Source: Alphaproteobacteria bacterium (GTDB taxonomy: Bacteria > Pseudomonadota > Alphaproteobacteria > Rs-D84). From it: a stretch of DNA of 64,000 nucleotides. Both the position numbers and the translations under genes were made by a program. Below the pieces are notes generated by a model. That model saw nothing but the letters and a program-made list of their open reading frames with translations, ran no database searches and had not been told where the DNA came from. Location of the stretch: positions 27,113 through 91,112 of the forward strand of contig JAFTPS010000003.1 in assembly GCA_017463185.1 (NCBI GenBank). Reading direction: 5' to 3'. The number at the start of each line of letters is the position of its first letter. The stretch's first letter is position 1. Of the stretch, positions 48,319-58,015 are shown piece by piece.

Positions 48319-49233
48319 TTAGTTATCCGTATTTACAATTTTAGGCGCAGATGTAATACAAGGTAATTTTAAGGCTTGTAAATCCTTGGCCTTGAAAGAT
48401 GACGCAATTGATTCTGAATACAACGGTATCGCATTCATAATAGAATGCCGCATACCATTAAACGTGCAACTGTGCAACAAGACAGATACTAATTGTCGCT
48501 TGATATCCGGCGTCAATTTGTCTGCGTCGCCAAAATCCATATTAAACACAATATAATCCAGAAAAGGACGCCACGGTTCAATCAAATCATCAGCCAGACA
48601 AAAATTATCCAGCTTATTGCAATGATGTATACCATAAAACGGCAACATACCCGCGCCAACAATACTGCGCGCGACACATCCACGCAAAATCGCATAACCA
48701 TAATCCAGCGCATGATTGCGAATATCATTGTCATTACTGCGATTGAAATTTTCCCATAATGCCGACCAATAAATACGCGCAGCAACCCCTTCTAGGTTTT
48801 GAGCGTCGCCTGATTTAACATTATCTGCCAAAATATCTAGCTTTTTATACACAGCATTGTCGCACAGTCGTAATACCGCAGATTGATTGCGAATTTTTTG
48901 CACAACGATATTTTGCCACATACGTTTGCGCAGTGGCTGCGACGTTTCTATCTGAGCCCAGGCAGTTTCTGTGTAGCGTGAATTTTTATGAAACGGAAAG
49001 AACGCGCCATTCGGCATATGCGATGCATCACAGGAAAATACAACAGCGCCGTTTTCCGCCAACGACGACAATAATGTGGACGTTATCTGAATTTGCGGTG
49101 ACTCTAAAATGACGACAGAAATATCTTCTAGTGGGACGTTTTGTGTTTCACCACTGTCTGCCGTCCAGTTTAATTGTTTATTCCTGACACAAATCCGCGA
49201 CGGTTTGGACAGGGTAAGAATGCGCCAAGACAT
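48319..49233 (-). CDS. cas1: CRISPR-associated endonuclease Cas1 (type II)
   Basis: 304 aa, Cas1 conserved residues, between cas9 and cas2. Confidence 0.85.
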   Translation of the reverse strand: MSWRILTLSKPSRICVRNKQLNWTADSGETQNVPLEDISVVILESPQIQITSTLLSSLAENGAVVFSCDASHMPNGAFFPFHKNSRYTETAWAQIETSQPLRKRMWQNIVVQKIRNQSAVLRLCDNAVYKKLDILADNVKSGDAQNLEGVAARIYWSALWENFNRSNDNDIRNHALDYGYAILRGCVARSIVGAGMLPFYGIHHCNKLDNFCLADDLIEPWRPFLDYIVFNMDFGDADKLTPDIKRQLVSVLLHSCTFNGMRHSIMNAIPLYSESIASSFKAKDLQALKLPCITSAPKIVNTDN

Positions 49234-49286
49234 TTGAATGCCCCGTATTTGTATCCTTTCCCCCAGTCCAAATGTTATATAGTGCG

Positions 49287-52208
49287 TTATTTTTTATTTA
49301 CAACTGGCATACGCTTTTCCGGCAATTTTACATCGCGTATCGCCCCCAACACAGTGACAAAGCACTTTTTTATTTCGGTGCACATTCCGACTGATTTTTT
49401 AACAACTTGGATATTTTTATTATCTTGGCGATATAATATAAAATTTGTTCCATGGTCCATTTGGGTTATGTATCCTTCATACTCTTCGTCTGTACGGGTT
49501 TTGATTTTTATATAATCATCTTTGTGCAGGGTGCAGACGAATTCTGCATCGGGGACAATGAATTTTGTATCATCCCCAGACACAGTATCTGATACAAATA
49601 TCGGCACACAGGTGTATTTGCCTGTGTTCGTCCGCCAAATATCAAAACGAAACATATCGCCACGAACAGCGTTGCCAAAACGTATTTTTATACTGCCCTT
49701 GGCCCCCATTGTATTTTTCCCTTTCTTGGTGCGATACGATCTGGGATTTATATAAATCGTTTCGTTATGCGCAGATCCTGTGGCGTTGCAACGTGGTGGA
49801 CGCGAAACTGTAATCATATCCAACGCAGCCAGCACATCATTACGGAAAGTAGGCCATGGCGACTGTATGGCAGTTTTTAATTTTTTATACCATGCTTCGC
49901 CATTTTCGCCTATTAACCTGCCCTTGTTCTCAAACTTGCCAGACAAGGTTGACAGATAACGAACCATTTCTTGGGTAGCGCAAGCAATTACTATGGCATC
50001 TTGGGCATGATGTTTATCAGACTCTTCGCGGTTCTTGCTTAGCCCCCATTGATGACGAAGATAGTCCGTCAACGCCCCCGTACGAACCAGCACACGCATT
50101 TTGCCGTCATTTGTTGTTGACCATTTTATGCCTTGGGTCAAGTACTGGGCTGCAAAACGTGCAATCGTTGCATTGTCGTTCGCATTGCGGGCAATAAAGT
50201 CATTTTGTTCATCGCTGCTTTGTGGCAAATCTGTGTTTGTCAGTTTTCTGAACTTGGCCATATTATGATAACCGCGTGCACGCAGAGTCATTTCATAAAA
50301 CTGATTAGCATCCAAATATTCAGACGGGGTTTTGCTGCCTTTGGCCTGATTACAGGCGCGACAGACCAATACTTTGTTAGATTGCGAATTGTCCAATGAA
50401 CGTGAGTACGGCAAGATATGATCAATTTCATACGCATCCCAATTATTCGCATCAATAGATGCGCCACAATATGGACATTGACAATGCTGCTCCATATACA
50501 GTTTGTATTTTTTGGCATTTTTACCATGTTCTTGAAGCGCCGCTTCGTTCGCGGCACGATTTCGTTCATTTTCTTTTTGTAATAGTGCCAATTCTTTGGG
50601 GGACTTTTTTAATTCACGCCCTATCTCCAAATGAATTCTGTCAGGTGTGCCATAGCGATACACCATCGCATTATAAACACGACGTAATTGTGACAATGTA
50701 CGACGTGCCACAGGCGATGTTAAGCGTTTGCCCAGAACCGACCAATCTATCTGGCGCAACATGCCGTCTGCAACATCATCAGACATATCAATAAAACTAT
50801 CGCCTGTGCTGCGATGGTCCCAATCATTTATTTTGCACGCATCGGCATACGTTTTGCCCGCACGCATTTCTGGGATAAGTTTGTTTAATGCAGACAACGA
50901 TAAATTCAAAAATTCAGACGTACTTAGTTGTGAAATCGCATCTGCGTGTTCAGGCAAGAATTCAGACACTCCTTTTTTTATGCGTCCTGGCGTTTTCTCG
51001 GTCGCCAAAACTTCATATATTTTATCCATCAAAGCGATGTTATTGGTATACGGCAACAAGGTATGATAGCCACTAAACTTGCTAAACACGACTTTTTCAA
51101 CATCTGCAATTTTTGGTTCAACCCAAATTTTTTGTTCTTTGTCGTATTTACGTGAATAATTCAGTGCCTTGAACCGATACTCGTCATCAAATTGTAATAA
51201 TTTACGGACATCCGAATATTTTAAACCTGTTTTCTTTTTGTATAATTCTGCCAAAACTAATTCTATTTGGTCAGGCGTCAAACCGTTTTGATTGCACGTT
51301 GATAACGCCACAAACAACTGGGCAGATGGCGCCCCCTTGGGCGCAACAGGTTCACCGGTAAATTTGCACGCCCCACGCATAGATGCAACAGAACGATATA
51401 ATGGCGAATCTGATTCATTGAACTTGCGCTGACGCGAGGCAATCGGATACCACGCATCAAATACCGCAGTAAAATCATTGCCAAACGTTTTTTGTGCCGC
51501 CAATATCATTCGTGCTTCACGGAAAATTTCAGAACGAGGAATGGAATTTGTATAGGTGGATTCTTCACTTGTTTTTGCCTCGCCCTTTGCGCTGATTTTT
51601 GTGATGGTCTTTTTTTGGTTGCGCATTTGAGCCGGATTTTTTGCATACAAAACCTGACATAATGTTTTGTTGTCGCCCGATTGGCGCAACAAAGCCAGAT
51701 TATCCGCAATACAACCAATCGCCTTTAACTCTTCTTTGGCATCTGGGCTGTCTGTATCCGCTGTTTTAGCCACATCAACAGGATATGTAATATCGTCATA
51801 CCCACGATGCTTGGCCAAATGGTATAAAACACGACCTGTTTCACGTGGTGTTAATTTCCGCTGAAACGCATCAACCGCACGCAAACGCCAGATGTTTATA
51901 TCTGTGTCACGGTTTAGATAAAAATTATTGTGACCGTTTTTCTTGGGCTCTGGAATGTCTATTAAATTTGCAGATCGCAACAATGCACGAATTTGACGCA
52001 TACGCAACGCACGATGACGTAGGCGACGCCGCATACCACGGGCAACACGTCTGTCAGCGGCATTTGTCGCAGCAGTAAAGCAGCGTACGCCACACCCCAA
52101 GATTTTACTGCCCACAAAACCTTGATTTTCGTCTACTGTGTCTGACATTTCTATTGTAGCCCACCCAATACTGGCGACCCCTAAATCAAAACCGAATATT
52201 CTAGCCAT
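49287..52208 (-). CDS. cas9: Cas9, compact type II-C (973 aa)
   Basis: RuvC-I MARIFGFDLGVASIGWATIE; HNH ..YEIDHILPYSRSLDNSQSNKVLVCRACNQAKGS..; arginine-rich bridge helix after RuvC-I. Confidence 0.95.
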   Translation of the reverse strand: MARIFGFDLGVASIGWATIEMSDTVDENQGFVGSKILGCGVRCFTAATNAADRRVARGMRRRLRHRALRMRQIRALLRSANLIDIPEPKKNGHNNFYLNRDTDINIWRLRAVDAFQRKLTPRETGRVLYHLAKHRGYDDITYPVDVAKTADTDSPDAKEELKAIGCIADNLALLRQSGDNKTLCQVLYAKNPAQMRNQKKTITKISAKGEAKTSEESTYTNSIPRSEIFREARMILAAQKTFGNDFTAVFDAWYPIASRQRKFNESDSPLYRSVASMRGACKFTGEPVAPKGAPSAQLFVALSTCNQNGLTPDQIELVLAELYKKKTGLKYSDVRKLLQFDDEYRFKALNYSRKYDKEQKIWVEPKIADVEKVVFSKFSGYHTLLPYTNNIALMDKIYEVLATEKTPGRIKKGVSEFLPEHADAISQLSTSEFLNLSLSALNKLIPEMRAGKTYADACKINDWDHRSTGDSFIDMSDDVADGMLRQIDWSVLGKRLTSPVARRTLSQLRRVYNAMVYRYGTPDRIHLEIGRELKKSPKELALLQKENERNRAANEAALQEHGKNAKKYKLYMEQHCQCPYCGASIDANNWDAYEIDHILPYSRSLDNSQSNKVLVCRACNQAKGSKTPSEYLDANQFYEMTLRARGYHNMAKFRKLTNTDLPQSSDEQNDFIARNANDNATIARFAAQYLTQGIKWSTTNDGKMRVLVRTGALTDYLRHQWGLSKNREESDKHHAQDAIVIACATQEMVRYLSTLSGKFENKGRLIGENGEAWYKKLKTAIQSPWPTFRNDVLAALDMITVSRPPRCNATGSAHNETIYINPRSYRTKKGKNTMGAKGSIKIRFGNAVRGDMFRFDIWRTNTGKYTCVPIFVSDTVSGDDTKFIVPDAEFVCTLHKDDYIKIKTRTDEEYEGYITQMDHGTNFILYRQDNKNIQVVKKSVGMCTEIKKCFVTVLGAIRDVKLPEKRMPVVNKK

Positions 52209-52313
52209 TTATGCCCCCTTGGGTTATGTTATACATTATATAGTGCAAATGTGAATAAATGCAAATTTTATCCGAGACTTGATTTTTATGATTAGTTGGT
52301 TATAATACGGGTA

Positions 52314-52425
52314 TAGAAATCTTTATTCAACGGACGATTTGAGAAGCAACCGTTTATATAATAAAGAATATTTTCTGTGGAGTAACAATTTAAGTATCTC
52401 CGGGGGCTTCGGCCCCGTTTTTATT
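52314..52425 (+). ncRNA. tracrRNA (predicted)
   Basis: Anti-repeat GACGATTTGAGAAGCAACC (52333-52351) is exact reverse complement of repeat nt 7-25; sigma70-like promoter ttgatt-16-tataat at 52279-52306; ends in hairpin ccgggggcttcggccccg + ttttt; divergent from cas9. Confidence 0.6.
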
Positions 52426-52441
52426 AAAAAGGCATAAAAAT

Positions 52442-52906
52442 ATGGCGAAGCTATTTCTGATATGTGGATTTTTGGGTGCGGGCAAAACGACTGTTTCAAA
52501 ACAACTGGCGAAACAATATAACGCAGAATATATGAACGTTGATAGCCATGTGACGCAACTGTTTGCGCGGGACGAATATGAACACAATTGGGAAAAATGT
52601 TTTAGCATAGCAGAAGATGATTTGTGGCAAAAAATTAAACTGTGTGCCCAGTCAGACACTGATGTTGTTTTCGATGTCGGATTTTGGACACGTAAATCGC
52701 GCGACATGGCTAGCGCACGAGCCAGACAAATCGGGATGACGCCAATTGTATATTATGTTTATGCCCCAGACGAAATATTAAAGAAACGTATCGCGCAACG
52801 TTCTGGCCGAATTGCAGAAAATAACATCAAAAACTTTGACACAATCAAACAAATGTTTGAAAACCCCCAAGTAGATGAAGATTTTGTGCAAGTTGATAAT
52901 TTTTAA
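52442..52906 (+). CDS. P-loop kinase (AAA_33/zeta-toxin-like NTPase fold)
   Basis: Walker A LICGFLGAGKTTVSKQLA; 154 aa. Confidence 0.5.
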   Translation: MAKLFLICGFLGAGKTTVSKQLAKQYNAEYMNVDSHVTQLFARDEYEHNWEKCFSIAEDDLWQKIKLCAQSDTDVVFDVGFWTRKSRDMASARARQIGMTPIVYYVYAPDEILKKRIAQRSGRIAENNIKNFDTIKQMFENPQVDEDFVQVDNF

Positions 52907-53106
52907 TACCACACGACGCTTGACCGTTTTTTTGCGGAAATTATTGGCAAGAATCTCTGCGGGATAACTTATCTATTTCTTGAAACAAAACTTTTTGCGG
53001 GCTTACTGTCCATTGTTTTATCTAAGTCAAATTTTGACGGGTACAATGATATTTTATGATTGCATTTAGAAAATTCCATATCAGAATAATAAAAAAGGAC
53101 GAATTA

Positions 53107-53613
53107 TGAGAAAGACACCCCTGCTTGATGACATAACAAATGTTTATTTAGAAAAATTGAAAAAGCTTTATAATGCACCCCCGTTGCTTTTTATACGTTT
53201 ATTGAAACACTAATACAAAAACCACTTGTTGGGCTGACCTTTTCAAACAAGACATAATGTGTAAAATTACCAGAAAGAAAAAATATATCCCGCAATAATT
53301 TGGCATCCGTACTACGAGGTCTTTATCCTGAGCAATCAGGAAACATTGCTAAATCAAGAAACCTTAAAAAAATACATTGATTTAATTACAGATGAGGTCA
53401 TTTTCCACAAATCATCCTTGTTGCCGCAAACAAATATAATATGAAAACCATCTTATCCCAATTGACTGATATTTTGCCGGCAAAAACAGACAGCATGAAC
53501 TATAATCTATCTGTTATTACGGATGCGGAATTTAATCAAGCGTACGCCGCCGCAAAAGGCGCCGCCATTAAAGAGGCATTAACAAAAATCAGCCGTCTAA
53601 AAAAACAAGTTTA
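53107..53613 (+). pseudogene. decayed gene (multiple frameshifts/stops)
   Basis: Four short ORF fragments in different frames (MRKTPLLDDITNVYLEKLKKLYNAPPLL..., ...NNLASVLRGLYPEQ..., ...MKTILSQLTDILPAKTDSMNYNLSVITDAEF...) span a 700-bp stretch with no intact gene. Confidence 0.25.
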
Positions 53614-54303
53614 ATCTTTGTACTTGGGTGGGATTTCAAGATACAGACACTGAAATTTCTCACCAGACACATTAGAAACCATCAAAAAGTCTCGCCATTC
53701 AAAGTCATATGTGTTTTTGATATCTAAGTCAGGACGAGTTTTTTGTATTTCTGCAATTCTTTGTTCGGAGCAGCGATTTGTCGACTTCCATTTTTTCTCG
53801 CCTCGCTCATGCGTACCGCCCTCTATAGAAAAATTTGAGTAAATTGTGTTTTCATGTGCTTTCTTATAATTCGGTGCATTTGTTAAAAAAATACATACGC
53901 CCGCTTCGCACTCGTTCTTCTCTATCAAACATTCGGTTCTATTAATATCTGCCCAAAAGTCATACGCCCCAAAATCGTAAGCACTATGATCTTTTAATAG
54001 CGCACAAGCAAGCTTGCTATCATCATCAATACTTGGCGCATGTTTTATTGATTGCGTTTTGTATTTTAATTCAATTATATATTTTTTACCGTTATCTTTT
54101 ATTAAAATATCCGCATAAATATGATCACCTTTGGTCGTCTTAACTGTATCAGGTTTTTTGATCGGATATTCCAATCTAACATTACCAGGGAACTTTTCTT
54201 CCAGCACCATTGCAAATGAATGTTGAAAATCTGCCTCGGACACAAAAACACGTTTTTCTAAATCGTTAAATGCTTCTTTTATCTTTTTTAATACATCACT
54301 CAT
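53611..54303 (-). CDS. PD-(D/E)xK nuclease-like protein
   Basis: ..YADILIKDNGKKYIIELKYK.. fits D-x(n)-ExK catalytic core. Confidence 0.4.
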   Translation of the reverse strand: MSDVLKKIKEAFNDLEKRVFVSEADFQHSFAMVLEEKFPGNVRLEYPIKKPDTVKTTKGDHIYADILIKDNGKKYIIELKYKTQSIKHAPSIDDDSKLACALLKDHSAYDFGAYDFWADINRTECLIEKNECEAGVCIFLTNAPNYKKAHENTIYSNFSIEGGTHERGEKKWKSTNRCSEQRIAEIQKTRPDLDIKNTYDFEWRDFLMVSNVSGEKFQCLYLEIPPKYKD

Positions 54304-54312
54304 ACCACACCC

Positions 54313-54573
54313 TTATTTCAACAAATCAGCACATTCATGCAGTTTTATCGCATGCTTATAACTGATTTCAAACTTACGCTGAACATCTGTTATGTTTGGT
54401 TCTTTTTCAAGAATATAGCTTATTGCATTTTTTTGCAAGTCTATGTAATCGGCATACTTGGTTGCCAGTCCATCTACTAATTTGGTCACACCGTCTTCTG
54501 AAATATATGCTGGATGAATACGTTCTGGCTGTTGCGATCGTATACTATATACCGCATCACCGTACGACCACAA
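54313..54573 (-). CDS. small hypothetical protein (partner of nuclease-like gene)
   Basis: 86-aa ORF 9 nt upstream of nuclease-like gene. Confidence 0.3.
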   Translation of the reverse strand: MWSYGDAVYSIRSQQPERIHPAYISEDGVTKLVDGLATKYADYIDLQKNAISYILEKEPNITDVQRKFEISYKHAIKLHECADLLK

Positions 54574-55137
54574 AGTTAAAGCATTGGCATCCGCCCCAAG
54601 AATTTTTTTTCAACTCATTTTTTGGCATATCAAATACAAATCGTGTATCAAAGCATGATGCGTGCAGACGGTTTTCGTGAGATGTCCTGGTATCTGTTCC
54701 AGTGGACCGGCAAAATACGCCCAATTGCACCGAAGGAATTGGTCAGTACCTATAACAGCATTTTGAAAGACATCATCCTGAACAGCCAGTCTGGCAAGTA
54801 AGTCATTTTTGGTCTGGGTCGATTTTTCTAATTTAATTTTGCTGAAATACCTGTTAAAGTTGCTTTGTAAGCAAAGCCCCCAATTCAGAACGAGAAAAGG
54901 GAGGTCTGTTTTCGTAGCACCTAGGGTTGAGTAAAACTCCCTTTTGCATCTTTGCTTGCGTTCCTGCGAGAGGGCGAATTCTAATAATACCAGTCATCGC
55001 AGACGGTCACCAAATCTGCTGTCACGAAAGTTATATAACGACAAAGGCATACGTTTTGTTAACCAACACGCATGCTCCAAAGATAAGGTCGGCCCATATT
55101 ACTATGCGACACGGGGGGCTATCTGCCAGCTGCACAG

Positions 55138-55359
55138 GTGGACGAAATAACCATGTCTATTGTAGCCGAATTTCTGGGCAGCGATATGAGCGCCCTGCGC
55201 CATATTTATAAACACCTGTCGCTGGCATATCTGAACCCAGAAGTCGTAAATCATATATTGAGTAATCAATGTCATATATCTGTTCGCGATATGTTGGACA
55301 AGGCATCACGCAGCAATGACTTTGCTGAACGGAAAAGGTTATTTACCGCCTATTTATAA
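55138..55359 (+). pseudogene. possible tyrosine-recombinase C-terminal remnant
   Basis: ..ALRHIYKHLSLAYLNPEVVNHILSNQCHISV.. loosely resembles integrase box II (LRH..A..L...G......LGH) but lacks catalytic Tyr; preceded by ~550 bp without ORFs. Confidence 0.2.
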
Positions 55360-55407
55360 TTGCATTTTATTACCTCGCTTTTTATAATCATATAAAGTGA
55401 GGTTGAT

Positions 55408-55824
55408 ATGAAAATAGCATTTTTGATTTTTCCTTTATTTCTTGTTGCCTGTGCGGAACAATCTTTTATACAGAAGATAAGTGCACCATCAGAAACAATC
55501 CACAATGAAAAGTGTGCAGAGATTCAAAAATATAGAATTTTTCAAGTTATTGATAATGGTTCATTGGCCATGGCTTGCGAAAACACATATGGCATTGAAT
55601 CGTGTATGGGCTTAACTGTGTTTATTCCAAAAGAAAAAGGTAAAATATATTATGACGACATGATTGTCGGACCATCAACTGATAAGTGCATAACCTATGC
55701 TGATGTTTATCGCTATACAACAAATCGTGGTGATACTAAAACAGTTCCAAAAATCAAATTTGAAAACAAAGACATTCCAAACCCCGCTTTTGTAGAATGG
55801 GAAAAAACACAATCTAATCAATAA
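55408..55824 (+). CDS. lipoprotein (lipobox LVAC)
   Basis: MKIAFLIFPLFLVACAEQ signal/lipobox; RBS gaggt. Confidence 0.5.
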   Translation: MKIAFLIFPLFLVACAEQSFIQKISAPSETIHNEKCAEIQKYRIFQVIDNGSLAMACENTYGIESCMGLTVFIPKEKGKIYYDDMIVGPSTDKCITYADVYRYTTNRGDTKTVPKIKFENKDIPNPAFVEWEKTQSNQ

Positions 55825-55982
55825 AATTGCCACGGTGGTTTTGGCCATTGTATGTAAGTGGTGGGGATATTCGGTTATTTGATAACTTCGTTGTACATAC
55901 TGGTAACCTTGCGGGGGAAAAGTGGCGGAAGTGTGGCTAAAAACAAAGCCCCGACAGATATTGTCGGGTTTTTGATTATTTC

Positions 55983-55996
55983 TGGCGGAGACGAAG
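55983..55996. repeat. 14-nt partial copy of tRNA-Ser 3' end (tggcggagacgaag)
   Basis: Identical to 56170-56183; third occurrence of tggcggag with 45001 and the tRNA itself. Confidence 0.4.
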
Positions 55997-56114
55997 TATT
56001 CCCTCGCCCCGCGGATGGCGGGGCTGCGGGGCATTCCTGACGGTTTGACGATGTTTCACTTGTCAAACCTACTCATTGTCGAACCCGGCAATCATAGATT
56101 GCGAACGTTTCGTC

Positions 56115-56177
56115 CACACTGCAACATCAACACAAAAATAAAACGCCCGCATGGGGCGTTTGATTTTTGTGGCGGAG
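56115..56177. repeat. 63-nt direct repeat (copy B) overlapping tRNA-Ser 3' end; candidate attR
   Basis: cacactgcaacatcaacacaaaaataaaacgcccgcatggggcgtttgatttttgtggcggag. Confidence 0.6.
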
Positions 56178-56260
56178 ACGAAGGGATTCGAACCCTTGAT
56201 ACCCTTGCGAGTATACTACATTTCCAATGTAGCGCACTAGACCAACTATGCGACGTCTCC
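56170..56260 (-). tRNA. tRNA-Ser (anticodon GGA)
   Basis: Reverse complement GGAGACG...CTACA-TTGGAAA-TGTAG...long variable arm TATACTCGCAAGGGTATC...AAGGG-TTCGAAT-CCCTT-CGTCTCC-G-CCA (91 nt). Confidence 0.8.
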
Positions 56261-56278
56261 GGGTCTGTTGCTTTATGT

Positions 56279-56650
56279 TTATTCGGTGGCAGTCTCTGCC
56301 GCCTCAGCCGCGGTGATTGTTCCTGGTTCTTCGGTGGACAGGGTGGCTTCCAACTCCGCATCAATTTCACGTAGTAATGGGTCTTCGCTGCCAATTTCCA
56401 GGGATTCTTCGCCCGCGTCGGACACTGGTGCCTCTTTATACGACTGGACAAATTCGTGGCGGATGGCATTCACATCCAATTTACCGCTGGCGATTTCACG
56501 CAGGGCAACAACAGTCAATTTGTCATCGTCTTTATCAACCACAGGTTCGGCACCGCCATTCAAATCACGAACACGCTGAGATGCCAGCATTCCCAGTTCA
56601 TAACGGCTTTCTACGTATGGTAATGTATCAGAATTTGTTGTACGTGCCAT
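56279..56650 (-). CDS. rpoZ: DNA-directed RNA polymerase subunit omega with acidic C-terminal extension
   Basis: MARTTNSDTLPYVESRYELGMLASQRVRDLNGGAEP..KLTVVALREIASGKLD matches RpoZ core; start MARTT at 56650. Confidence 0.8.
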   Translation of the reverse strand: MARTTNSDTLPYVESRYELGMLASQRVRDLNGGAEPVVDKDDDKLTVVALREIASGKLDVNAIRHEFVQSYKEAPVSDAGEESLEIGSEDPLLREIDAELEATLSTEEPGTITAAEAAETATE

Positions 56651-56710
56651 CATTAAATCCTTTGTTGAAATCATTTTTAGTCAGGTTATAATGCCTTATG
56701 GACGGTAAAA

Positions 56711-57958
56711 ATGCAAGCAGAAAATAACAAAAATAATATAAAAACATTATCTTTTGGATGCAGGTTGAACGCGTTAGAGTCTGAAAAGATTAAAAATATG
56801 CTATTCTCGGTAATTGATACGGCTGTTGTTGTCAACACCTGTGCCGTCACGGCCGAGGCGGAACGCCAATCGGGCCAACAGGTACGAAAAATCGCACGCG
56901 AAAATCCAAACGTGCCAATATTTGTGACAGGTTGCGCCGCAACGCGCAATCGGGAACTGTTTTGTGATATTCCGAATACCATAGTGGTGGCAAATTCAGA
57001 CAAAATGAAACTAAGCGCGTATATTGATGGGCTAAATGCCCGCCCCTGCGGAATTGAAAACCCGGAAATCGTGCGTTTTCATCAGGCGGATGAAAAACTG
57101 TCCAAAAAATTTATTCAGATTCAAAATGGCTGCAATCACGACTGTACATATTGTATTACGCGCCTGTTGCGGGGGCGGTCTGAATCATTTGAATACGCAA
57201 ATATTCTTGGTGATGTGCAACAGGCGGTAAAAAACGGATTTTATGAAATTGTTTTAACAGGGGTTGATTTGGCATCGTATGTAAAGCAAATTGATGGCAA
57301 ACCGTTTTTAATATCGGACCTGTGTCGGAAATTGTTGGCGGATGTGCCGGGGATACGGCGGTTGCGTCTGTCGTCGGTGGACCCAGCGGTACCAGACATT
57401 GACCGTGTAATTGATTTAATCCTGGCCGAGTCGCGTATGATGCCACATTTACATTTTTCTATGCAGTCCGGTTCGGACGCCATACTGAAATCAATGCGGC
57501 GGCGACATACGGCACAGCGCGTGTGTGATTTGGTGGCGCGTGGTGCGGGTCGGATTACATTCAGTTGGGATATAATCTGTGGATTTCCAGGGGAAACGGA
57601 TGAATTGTTTAATGAAACACTGCAATTAGTACAAGAAACAAAACCGATAAAAATTCATGCGTTTCCGTTTTCGCCCCGGCCTGGAACCGTGGCAGCAGAT
57701 ATGCCTAATCAGGTCAATCGCGCGATTTCCAAGGAACGCGTACGAATTATCAGTGATATGGCAAATAAAAATCGTGCCGAATTTATGCAGGCGCAAATTG
57801 GAAAAGTCGTTCAAGTGTTAGTAGAAGAAAACAACACCGCCCGCGACCCGCATGACATTGCCGTACGAATTGAGGGGCAACCAATTGCCGCCCGTACAGT
57901 TTGCGATGTAAAACTGATTGACATAAAAGACGATTATTTTATTGGCAATAACTGTTGA
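56711..57958 (+). CDS. mtaB: MiaB/RimO-family radical-SAM methylthiotransferase, MtaB-like
   Basis: UPF0004 N-domain (TLSFGCRLNALESE), radical SAM CNHDCTYC, C-terminal TRAM-like region. Confidence 0.75.
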   Translation: MQAENNKNNIKTLSFGCRLNALESEKIKNMLFSVIDTAVVVNTCAVTAEAERQSGQQVRKIARENPNVPIFVTGCAATRNRELFCDIPNTIVVANSDKMKLSAYIDGLNARPCGIENPEIVRFHQADEKLSKKFIQIQNGCNHDCTYCITRLLRGRSESFEYANILGDVQQAVKNGFYEIVLTGVDLASYVKQIDGKPFLISDLCRKLLADVPGIRRLRLSSVDPAVPDIDRVIDLILAESRMMPHLHFSMQSGSDAILKSMRRRHTAQRVCDLVARGAGRITFSWDIICGFPGETDELFNETLQLVQETKPIKIHAFPFSPRPGTVAADMPNQVNRAISKERVRIISDMANKNRAEFMQAQIGKVVQVLVEENNTARDPHDIAVRIEGQPIAARTVCDVKLIDIKDDYFIGNNC

Positions 57959-58015
57959 CATTTCTTTTTTTTGTATTATATTTAGAGGTGTAAAACATTA
58001 TAAAAGGAGATTAAA

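Larger units (their letters stand above)
45004..56114. mobile_element. candidate ~11-kb tRNA-Ser-associated genomic island carrying type II-C CRISPR-Cas and other defence genes
   Basis: Flanked by 63-nt direct repeats, one overlapping tRNA-Ser 3' end; cargo: Ymh-family, Fic, cas9-cas1-cas2-array, kinase, PD-(D/E)xK nuclease, pseudogenes; extra partial tRNA 3'-end copy at 55983. Confidence 0.45.

Noticed and set aside
54600-55140. Intact integrase or transposase gene near tRNA-Ser
   Set aside because: No ORF of 60 aa or more on either strand except weak fragments; only a short integrase-like tail (55138-55359), called a low-confidence remnant.
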